Assembly (NCBI GenBank): GCA_964035545.1
Contig: OZ037772.1
Coordinates: 4,840,233 to 4,904,232, forward strand
Direction of reading: 5' to 3'
DNA length: 64,000 nucleotides
Source: Bugula neritina
Taxonomy: Eukaryota; Animalia; Bryozoa
The notes beneath the pieces are model-generated. The model saw only the letters and a list, made by a program, of their open reading frames with translations. It made no database searches and had not been told where the DNA came from. The translations under genes and the position numbers were made by a program. Positions 30,301 to 42,300 of this stretch are shown in pieces (position 1 is the stretch's first letter; the number at the start of each line of letters is the position of its first letter).

Positions 30301-33300
30301 TATGCAACAACTTTCTCAGAAATTTTTTTATTGAAAAATTAAAAAAGTATATGAAAGAGGAATGCAAGAGCTATCTTTTCATGTAAAATTTGTTAATGTG
30401 AGACAAAAACTGTTCGAGCTATCCCCTGGAAACCGTTTATATATAACATAAAGCAGTGCATGAATCTGGAAAGTAATGACCTTAAACTAACTGTGTGCAT
30501 TTAAATCAATATTATCAAAGTAGGAAATAAATACCTACTACATTAACATCAAAGTTATAAGCTCCATTCCTGGATGGTCTAACAAGGTAATTATTGTTAT
30601 TGTAGTATTTTTGACAATCATTTATGGCATTTGTATTATCTTTTTTAATATCAAGTTTAATAATTTAGATGGTGTATACTGATTTTTATAGCAAGACTTG
30701 TTCTTCACTTGAAGCTTATTAGTTAGTGTCAAGTTATCACTGATAAAAGTTTTATCACATATTATCATTCATTATGGCATATTCACAATTTCATTAATTG
30801 TAGTTTTAACGACAGTTTTACCAATAAAACATCAGTAGAGACTGAAGACCACATTGTGCCTGTTTACAAACCAGGGATGATAGTTTACAGTGAAAACTTG
30901 CGACTGGAGTAAACAGCTTACTACAACCAGTGGCTTGCGCTAACTTGAGACCAGCGAGACGAACAGCAGCTAGAAAAGACAACTACTGATCCAGCCCCAG
31001 CATTGTTAGATCAGTATAGCATCCATCAACTCTACTGCCAAGTCTTCGGCATTGTCAACAATAGCTACACTGCCAACCACTATAGTAACCAGCACTCACA
31101 CTCCTGTCATACATACAAGTTACAGCTAAGTAACCATTACTTCTAAGAATTCATTCACTGCTAATCACACAAATTAGCAGTATCAGACTCATTGGAATTC
31201 AGTAGAACGTTGCTAGCTTTGATCAAACATTACACAGAAACTTCTTTTTATCACACGAGACTTGATTAAAAAATAATTTATTTTCTGGGTATTGAAAATA
31301 TTTGTCTTTTTGTAGTCATAGGGAATCATTTCCTTATGCTCATTCTGTAAATCTGTTCTTTATATTATTTATCACTAGACACTAGGTATCAAATTTACTT
31401 GTGTAATAGTGAAATCATACATATAGAGGCAGTCTTATACTGAAAGTAGGTGCATTATTCATTATTCAAATTTAGCTACATATATTAGACAAATACTACT
31501 TAGTTCGCATGCACTATTGCACAATCATACATTAGAAACTTTTTGAGAGCAATTAATTTCATTGGTTGGCACTCAAATTTAGTAGCCTATGAGTCATTAT
31601 CATAGCACACGGCTGCGTGTTCAACAACACTTAAAGCATATAAAAATATCATTAGAAATTATTAGTGAATTCCATTTGCTAATAACTCGAGAATTGGTGG
31701 ACAACATTACATTAATTCGTGCAAAAGAGCTGCAAAAACAGCTTCTAAACAATCAAACTGTACAAGAAGCCGAACAACATTTAACAGAAGCTCGCGGTTT
31801 AGGTATAAGTGAGGAGAAGCTGCAAAATATACTGCGTGAATTTGATCAGATTGCAGGCGATAGAAAAACTATTTTAACAAAACTTGAGCATTGGCTTCAT
31901 ACAACGGACGCCAATAGTTCTGACGGCAAAAATAGCACTTTCAAAATAGCAAAAGTTGTTGTGAGATCTCGCGTGTTACCATCCATCTCTCCCTCAGATA
32001 TTTCAAAAATTGTCAAAACGCACGCAAAAGCTAGTCATTCCTCTAGTAAGTCAAAAAATTCAGTCAAGTCGGAACACGCTGGACCTGCAAAATCCGTCAG
32101 CTTACATAGTTTTTATTATCAATCTAATCACTCCAAGTCTAAGAAATCGCATTATTTTAGTCACCATATTGGCAATTCCAGACATTCTGAAGCTAGTGAC
32201 ATATCCTCATCTCATGCACCTGATTCTGCTAGTAGCACTTGGAAAACAAGAGCTACTGGTACGTCTAGATCCTCCAAATCTGATGCATCATACTATAAAG
32301 CTCAATTAGCTAAATATGTGGCTAAAGTTGCTGCTGCTGAAGCAAAGTTTCAAGCAGAGTGTGAAGCTCGGCAGGTTGAAGAGGAAATACAGAGTTTTGA
32401 GCTCAAGCACAAAGAGCAAATCCTCACTCGCAAAGGCCACATTGCCGAGCTGAAACTCAAAGCTGAAATCGATGCAGAGAAAGCTCAGCTCAATGCATTT
32501 CAGCAAGCCCTAGACGATGAGCTTGAAACTGAGCTTAGAGATACTCTCATGAGACCCCCTTCTAGAGCATCTCATAACTCATTGAAGCCTTCACCATTTC
32601 TGCAATCTCCACATCATATTGACCTCTCAAATCAATTCCCATCAACTGGAGGTCAACCAGTTCTCGGTATAAAGCAGTCTTTAATGACTAAGGAGGAGTT
32701 GCCTCACCAAAGCCCAGTTATCCACGAAGATCCTTATGAAAAATATCCACAAGTCAACTCAGCTGCTCATCTTCCCACACACCAAAATACTCATCCCACA
32801 CTTACACACTTGCAATCACCTAACCCACTTACTAATCTGACCACTACAGATTTATCTGCTGCTATAGGGAAGAGTATAGGTGACTCAATGGCCGCCGCTA
32901 TGACAATGCAAGCCAATCATCTTCCCACTCTTGACAAGTTTACTGGTGATCCGGTTGGGTACGCAGATTGGAAGCTGGCCTTTGATGGTTTGATTGGTTC
33001 TTGTCCATATACCGATTTACAGAAGCTCCATTTGTTGAGAGAGTATGTGGATGGCGATGCCAAGCAGGCTATAAGGGGCTATTTCTCATTGCAAAGTCCA
33101 AATGCGTATCAAAATGCATTACATGCTCTCGAAACTGAGTTTAATTCGGAAGAGCTAATTGAAGAGCAGTTTCTAGATCGACTAGAAGCATGGCCTAGAG
33201 TAACTGATGCCAAATCTCTCAAGAGTTACAGTTACTTCTTAACCCTTTCGCGATCAACTTTGAAGTTACGTAATTTTATGCCTCGTTTGAGTTTATCGCG

Positions 33301-36300
33301 AATTTTGCTAGCAAATTTTGCATAACTTTCAATTTCATTATTAAAAGTTACACTTGCTTTTGGCCTTAAATAAACTGGTTATTATATTTCTAAGAGTATT
33401 TTATATTATAAAAAAAAATTCTTAAAGTGACGGGAGACCTTAATTCTAGCTAAAATCAGTCATTTTAATTTGACCTCTCAGAACCGCCATTTTGAAATTG
33501 AAAAATTAAAAAGATAAAATTAATTTATAATATGATTCAAAGTATAGTGACTTTAACATTTCTGTATATTTAAATGTTCTTCTAAATGTTATCTGAATAA
33601 AATAAACTTGCTCTCTATAATTTGACAGCAGTTTCTTGCATTTGAAAGTAGCGTTAAAATTTAGTGATAATTTTAAAATTTAAGGATTAAATTGAAAAGC
33701 AACTAGCTGGCTTGCTAGCTAATAATTTAATCAATTTTAATGGCTATAATTATCCAAAAATTACCAAGCTGTACTATCAGCAACAATTACAAAAACTTTT
33801 AGGCTGTCCGGTTGAAAACTTGAAGTTTAAAGTAAGCGCTATTGTTTGTTTACCTAAAAGACCATATATGATCCATTGATCTGTGGATAGTGTCGCTTTG
33901 AGGGACATATATGGTCCATTGATCGCGTAAGGGTTAAACCAATGTCTATCTGCCTCAAGGCAGATATCTGGTTTGGAAGTCCTGGACAGAAAACGGGAGA
34001 ACAAAAAGCTAGCGAGTGTTCTGCCCAACAACCTTTAAGAACGATGATTAAAACACGCCATTGCAGAGGAGGAAAAGAGGAAAGTGTTCCCATCCTTTCA
34101 TAAATTTGCAGACTTTGTAGCACATGAGGCTAAAATTTCTTGTAGTAATTTGAGAGAAAAATGTAAAAGTGGGCCCAGTAAAACTGCATTCAAGCCAATT
34201 ACCAAACAAAACAACAGTAAACACTCAATTACATTAAAATCTGAAACAACATTACCAGCACCAAATATTTCAAAGACTTCAGAATCAGTCATAAATCAAC
34301 AAAAACATGCTAATAAGTCACAACACACTGACAACCAGTCAGCAAAACAACAAAACAGCCTGTCATTTGACCAAAAGCAGAGAAAAGAACCAGAATGTGC
34401 ATATTGCCTCTCAAACAAAAAACCCAGATGGAAACATCACACTGCTCACTGCTAGAATTTAGCAAAACTTTCTGCTCAACAAGTAAATGACTTCCTTGCT
34501 AGCAACAGCTTATGTTTCAAATGTGCCGTAAGCGGTCACAGCTACAAAAACTGCAACATGAAACCAGTATGCGAGATTTGTAAGCAAGCTCATTCCACAA
34601 TATTTCACCAGAAATACACTTCACAACCCACAAAGCAAGCAGATGAAAGTAAAATGCAATGTTCAAACCAAAATAAAAATAGCACTGTATGCAATAATTT
34701 TTCCATAAACACATCACAAACACTCATGTCTATGACTCTTCCTGTCTGGGTTTCTTCTGTCAAAGATCCACACACAAAAGTATTAACATATGCCAATCTT
34801 GACTCAGGCAGCGACTCATGTTATATAACCAATTCTATTGTTGAACAACTCACATGCATCAAAAAACCAACTAAACTGCCAATGGCAGCAATGACACACC
34901 AAAACTTTGAGCTAGATACAATGGTAACCGATGACCTAATCATCAAAGGATATAGCTGCAATAAGGAGGTGAAACTTCCTAATGTGTATTCTGCAGAAGA
35001 AATACCTGCCAAGTATGAGTCTATTCCACAGGCGGGTGCTCTTACCACCTGGCCACATTTACGAGACTTATCAGAAAACATGGTCAAAGGACAAAAAATC
35101 TCAGTAGGTCTACTCATTGGAGGCAATTGCCCATTAGCCTTCAAACCTAGAGAGGTACTAGTGGGAAACGACGCAGACGATGAACCATTTGGCGTACGTA
35201 CTGACCTAGGGTGGGTTATCATGGGTAGTCTAGCTACAAATAACACACATGATGACAATTCAGGCAAGAAAACAACAATAGTCAATAAAACCGTAACTCA
35301 ATCACTCAAGAAAGCTAAAACCACAGTATCTTTCAAATGTCAAACTGAAACATCAAAACAAATAACCAAAATAATAAATATATTAGCTCAAGATTTCAAG
35401 GAATGTGTAACAGACAAAAAAGCGGCTTCTGTAGAAGACCGAGCATTTTTGTCTCTCATGAAACAAGAAACAAAGATTATTGATGGTCATGTCACCATGC
35501 CTTTACCTTTCAAACACAAACCACCGCAAAATAACAGTTTTAAAACAGCAAAAAATCGATGCAATTCACTACTAAAAAAGTTTTCTAAGAACCAAAACTT
35601 GAAAAACCAGTACACAGAGTTCATGAAAGACCCCATTAGCAAGGGTGAGGCTGAAATTGTTCCACAAGACGTAGCTAGCCATGAGGACAACACATGGTGC
35701 ATACCACATTTCGAAGTATGGCATCCAAAGAAGCCAGACAAGATTAGAGTAGTTTTCGATGGTGCTGCAAAGACAGATGGAAAGTGCATAAACGACTATC
35801 TCATGACAGGTCCAGATCATCTTAACAGTCTCACTGGTATTCTCCTTCGCTTCCACCAGGAACAGATTGCTGTTACATGTGATATTGAGCGAATGTTTCA
35901 CCAATTTCGTGTTGCAACGGAAGATACAGATTATCTCCGATTTTTCTGGCTAGATGAACGTGGTGAAATAGCAGTGTTCTGCATGAAAGTGCATGTGTTT
36001 GGAGCGACCTCATCTCCTGCATGTGCAACATATGGCCTACGTTATCTGGCTGACCAATACAGCACAGATGATCCATCAAGTCAACAAGCTCGAAACTTCG
36101 TTAGAAATCAGTTCTATGTGGATGATGGCTTACTTAGTATGCCTGACGCAACATCTGCAACAAAAGTACTTACTGAGGCAATGGGAATTTGCCAACAAGG
36201 TAAAGTACACTTGCACAAGAGTCTTTCTAACGAGAAAGAAGTATTAAATTAATTCCCCAAATCTGAACAATTGGCAACTCTGCATGATCTTGACCTAAAC

Positions 36301-39300
36301 TCTGACTGTCTTCCAACTGAAAGAACTTTGGGATTGATGTGGAATTCTGAGCAAGATTCCTTTCGGTTTCAAGTTAATCTCGCTGATAAGCCCAACACTA
36401 GACGAGGTTTGCTCTCAAATGTAGCCTCGGTCTTTGATCCACTTGGTCTCATATCACCGGTTGTACTGCAAGGTAAAATGGTTCTCCATGATCTTTGCAG
36501 AAAACATTTGGACTGGGATGATCCTTTAGATGAAGGCATGCTGGCAAAATGGTTGCCATAGAAACAAGGCCTCAAAGTTCTTGAACACCTATCAATTCCT
36601 AGAAACTACATACCATCATCATTTGGAACACCTGCTAAGGTGGAGGTCCATACCTTTAGCTAAGCGAGTACAATGGGCTACGGCCAATGCTCCTACTTGC
36701 AATTTGTAAGCCCAGGCAAACATGTGCATGTTGCTTTAATCTGTAGCAAAGGTCGTGTCACTCCGCTCAAAGCTATTACTGTTCCTAGATTGGAACTTCA
36801 AGCAGCACGTGGGGCTGTAGATTTAAGCCTCAAGGCTGCAGAAGAGCTAGGTATGGACCATGTAGCTCAGTACTTTTATTCTGACTCAGAAGTAGTTCTT
36901 GGTTATATAAAGCACACACAGGCTAGATATCACACATTTGTTGCAAATCGAGTTCAGCAAATCCGTGACAGCTCCAATGCCGACAACTGGTTTCATGTCT
37001 CGACTAAACTCAACCCTGCATATCATGCATCACAAGGGTTATCACCAAAGCAAATTTTCTCTCCTGAGTGCAATTGGTTCACAGGACCAGACTTCTTGTG
37101 GAATGAACTTCTTATACTCCCTCATCAGAAAAAGTTCACCAACTCACATGACGAACAAGAAGTGAAAGTTTCATTAGCCACTCAACACATCTTTGCTCCT
37201 CTTAGTCAGCGTATAACCATTTTCTCTGACCTAGATTACACTCTTAAGGTTATCGCTAGAATCCAAACAGCACTATGCAAAACCCCTCTCACTCAGCAGG
37301 AGAAACGCCAAAAAGCGTTACACTCTTTGGTCAAGTCAGTTCAATCAGAATTTTTCACTCCAGAAATCAAGCAACTCCAACAAACTCAGACTACATCCAA
37401 GCATAGCTCCATTGCAAAACTATACCCATTTCTAAATAAGACGGGTCTGCTCAGGGTGGGAGGAAGGCTACAAAACAGTAAATTGCTATCATTCGAAGAT
37501 AAACATCCTTTACTCTTACCTAAGCATAGTCATTTCACTACGCTTATCATAAATGACACACATGCTAAACTAGGACACCTTGGCTTAGAGTATACCCTGT
37601 CTAAAATAAGATCACAGGGATTTTGGATCATCGGTGGTAAATCCACAATTTCATCAAAGTTACGTCTCTGTGTAACATGGAAAAGAATCAAAGCTAAACC
37701 CTTGACACCACAACTGGCAACATTACCATCAGTGAGAGTTAACGAAGCCCCTCCTTTCACCCACTGTGGATTATATTGTTTCGGCCCTTTTATTGTCAAG
37801 GACGGTAGAAAAGAATCGAAACGATATGGCTTGATAGTCACATGTATGGCTTCACGAGCTGTTCACATTGAACTTTTAGAGGACATGACTACTGACAGCT
37901 TTATAAACGCTATCAGGACTGTGGTAGCCATCAGGGGTCCAATTCAGACAATTCAATCAGACCAAGGTACCAACTTCATTGGTGATGCGAGTCTTCTACA
38001 AAGTGATGGGACCGACAGCAAACTTAAATCTATGAACATCACAATGAATTTCAACCCTCCTCACTCTAGCAATTTTGGAGGAGTGTGGGAAAGGCAGATA
38101 AGGATTATCCGTTCTGTGCTACAGGGCCTTGGAACAAGACATGGTGGGAGGCTCTCTACCTCTTTGCTACAAACTTTGTTTTATGGAGTGATGGCCATCA
38201 TAAACTGTCGACCATTAACCTCAACAACTGATGACATGCCTCTAATCACCCCAAACATGTTGTTGACTATGAAGTCTGACGTTGTTCTACCACCTCCAAG
38301 CACATTTGAGGAGGCAGACATATATGCGAGGAAGCGTTGGAGAGTGGTCCAGCAGTTGGCAAATGAATTTTGGACAAGCAATACTTGCTTTATTTACAGT
38401 CGCGGCAAAATGGGTAAATAAAGTACCAGAGATCAGGGTGGGGGATATCGTTATATTGTGTGACAACAATGCAGTAAGAAATCAGTGGCCTTTAGCACAT
38501 GTTGTAGAATGCAACCTGTCTTATGACAGCGTTGTTAGATTAGTTAAGGTGCTTGTTGTTAGTAAAACATACCCCAAAGACTCCAATAAAAGAGTCTATT
38601 TAACTCGACCAATATCAAAATTAGTTGTACTAGTCTGATCGAACTAGACATACATTCAAAATTGCAAGTCACTTCTAGAAATTTCAGGTGGGAGTGTAAT
38701 TAATTGGAATGCCAGTGAAATTTCTTGCTCTCATCAAAACAAACAAAGTTAACCAATGTGCCTGTAATTAGGAAACCATTGCATTAGTCATGTATATGTA
38801 GCTGTTTTGCTTTTATGGCTATGACAATTTTGCACACGACAGTCAACATGATTTCCTCATGTGTACGATTTCACTATGACTAAGTTATATAAATAGTTTT
38901 TTACACCATCAGCTTCAGGAAATGATTCATTCATTGAAGTATAGTTTACTCTCAGCTCTCCTTTTATGCTACACTTTCAGTCAGCTAACATGTAGCATAA
39001 ACTGCTGAGTAACCTTTCACTTAGGTTATGTTAAAATTTTTGTTGCATTTAAATCAATATTATCAAAGTAGGAAATAAATATCTACTACATTAACATCAA
39101 AGTTATAAGCTCCATTCCTGGATGGTCAAACAAGGTAATTATTGTTATTGTAGTATTTTTGGCAATCATTTATGGCATTTGTATTATCTTTTTTAATATC
39201 AATTTTAATAATTTAGATGGTTTATACTGATTTTTATAGCAAGACTTGTTCTTTACTTGAAGCTTATTAGTTATAGTGTCAAATTATCACTGATAAAAGT

Positions 39301-42300
39301 TTTATCACATATTATCATTCATTATGGCATATTCACAATTTCATTAATTGTAGTTTTCACCGACAGTTTTACCAATAAAACATCAGTAGAGACTGAAGAC
39401 CACATTGTGCCTGTTTACAAACCAGGGATGATAGTTTACAGTTAATTTGACAATCTTTAAATTTTCAAGTATAACAAAAACAATTTATTTTAGCAAATCA
39501 CCTGTAATTATCGAAAAGAAATTATTTCATATGTGAATAAAATTTTAGTTGTACATCTGATGCTTTACTCAGTTTTGAAAAAAAGGCTAATGCTGCATGC
39601 AGTACATGTTTCACATGCATATGTAACATCTACTGTTTATCTACTAATGTATTTTATTCCGACTTCATTTTCCATCGAATAAAATCTGTATGTCAATCGG
39701 CAATTTTATGCTAGAATTAAATTGCTTTAACTTAAGATGGTTGTATTACTATGTGATGCTTCAACTGGTATATGTTTACTATAGCATGTCTAATCTGAAG
39801 AATCTAGAGGCTCTTCATACGCGAGAGAATAACTTCAGTGAAGGATTACCTGATGTAGTCACTTCAATGACATCTCTAAGGATGTTGGATATGCATATCT
39901 GTGAACTACCAACTCTACCTGAGAGGTTAGTGAGAATGCATTAAATAAAGTGTGCATTAGTGTGAAGGATATAGTTCTGCAATAGAAGTACTTATTTGTT
40001 TATTAAAATTATATACAGTTTTTAAAGTTCTACAGTTTTACATTTGTTCTGCATTTCTTAAGTGCAGTATATTAGGTTCACAGTAGAATCACAAGTACCA
40101 ACTTTGTTACATACTTCCCATTGAAAATCAACCAACAGCTTGCCAGCTGACGCACTAACTATTACACTACAAGGGTAATCCTAACACTCCATGCAACCAG
40201 TTATTCTAAACTCTGCTTGTCCCCTTACTACTCATTCAGTTTAGGCTTCCTGGGCCTCTCAACTCTCTTGGCGTACTACCAAAATGCTATACTAAATGTG
40301 AAAGAGCTTGCTAACAATTACACATGGGTCACTGGGTAATCTCAATACCCCACTAAGCTGTTCACATGTGCATTCAGCTCCCTGCTACCATAAAGCTATT
40401 CATGTGCACTAACCGTCATGATGTATAAGTTTCAATCACAGGTTGTAATTCTACACGCTCTTACTTTCAAATGGAAGGACATCACAATTACTAGACATCA
40501 AATTATTATAAGCACATTACAGGGAGCCTCAATGAAATAAAATATTAGAATATAATTATATCATCGTTATTTATGCAGTTATGTGTTGCAAGAAAACCTA
40601 ATCTTTATGATGGTTAGAGAGTAAACAGTTATACAGGATTTATCAAATTGCATTTCATTGGTTTGTAACACATGAACATTTATATAGTATAATGGCTGTA
40701 CACAGTTGTAACTTTTGACTGAGAAATTTAAAGAAAGTTGCTTTTTTGAGGCCGCAGATATTTCTGCAAATTAATAGACATCAAATAAATATGAACTAAG
40801 TATATGCAGCCTTTCGTGAAATAAATTACAAAAAAATATAATCATTTTTATTATTATCATTATTATCATAGTAGGTCAGGTCACATAGAATGCCTGCTAC
40901 CGGATAACCATGAAAACCGGTACAACCTGTTTCATGGGTCGAGTGGTCAGCGACTAAACTGACAAGTGGGTTAGACTGGACATCCTTAGGTCTGTAGTGT
41001 GGGGGGGGAGGGTGGCTACGCCTGTCATTGTGAGGTGACACATACTCCCAGAAGAGCAGGGGTTAACATACCTATCTCTTGGTCAGTCCCTGCCGATTGT
41101 GGGTTTTTGATCATGCAAAAGCCAGTAGTACCTTAATTCCTTTGCAAGCAGTTTTCATGAAGTGGTCTGTCAATAGCACATTCATGCCGGCTCGGACATC
41201 GCTTGGAAGAACAAGGTCGGCACCAATCTGTTCTCACTCCGGCAGTAAGCAAAAAGTGTGCTAGGAGTAGGAAGAAAAAAAGGAAGAGATGTTCCTTTAT
41301 ATGTAAAAGAATGGAATGTACAAGCACTAATAGATTGATCACAATCCCAGAGTTCAGAGAGACAGACTGCTTTTATAGCCATAGAGATAGAGAGTTATGG
41401 CATCGATGTGGCTACACTTAGTGAAATAATTTTGTCAGGCTATAATAGCTTAGTAGATGATGGGTATACTTTCTACTGGAGTGGATAGTCAGCTGATAAA
41501 AGAAGAGAAGCAGAGATAGAATTTGTCATCAAAAACGAGGTTGCTCTTCACCTTGGGTGAAGGACCAACTCCTATAAAATATCGAATCTTGACAATGAGG
41601 CTTCCTCTTCAAAGGAGATTTCACGCGACTTTTATTAGTGTATATACTTCTACTACGACAAATACTGAAGGACTAAATAAACAGTTTAACAATGATCTGA
41701 GAGACAAGATCAATTTTGTTCTAGTTAATAATGAATTGATACTGATTGATGATTTTATTGCAAAGATAGGCTCAGTTTCTGAGAAATGGAAAGGAGTACT
41801 TTGTAGTCATTTTGTAAGTAAGTGCAATGGAAATAGAGAATTTCTTCTAGCTTTCTGTTTAGAGTACAGTCTTGTGATAACTAATACCATCTTTAAACAC
41901 AAGGAATCACACAAGATTACATAAATAGAAGAGATGCAGATCTGTTTGATGTTACTCATTTTAAGTCTATAACTAAAACTACTACGGAGTTGGTGAAAAA
42001 CTTGCTAATTGCCGGTGATAGTGCTTTAATTGTTTATCATTCTGATGATATACAGACTCCAGTTAACAGTTTTTCTCATTCTGCAAAAGATTGTAGCTTT
42101 AAAATTTACATGAAAAAGAGAGAACGCCTTTATCAGCCTCCAAAATTTCAAAGTGCAACATGTCAGCCAAACCGTATAGCCATCAAATGAAAACCTTTGA
42201 AAAGGTGTCAGACATTTAAGTACCTTAGAAGAACAGAAGCTGTAGACGCTAAACTAAATAATGAAAGTTTCTTGAGAATAGGAAGTGCTAGTGCAGTGCA

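Larger units (their letters stand above)
27607..39440 (+). mobile_element. Full-length but defective BEL/Pao LTR retrotransposon, 5-bp TSD GTTAA
   Basis: 5' LTR 27607-30889 (interrupted) and 3' LTR 38695-39440, both TGT..ACA; PPT AGGTGGGAG at 38686-38694. Gag (FTGDPVGYADW), protease LDSGSD, RT KIRVVFDGAAK and FYVDD, RNase H TVPRLELQAA, integrase SDQGTNF and GGVWER. Confidence 0.97.

Noticed and set aside
34605-38469. Numerous overlapping minus-strand and alternate-frame ORFs in the BEL/Pao pol region
   Set aside because: Shadow ORFs of the retrotransposon coding sequence with no independent motifs.
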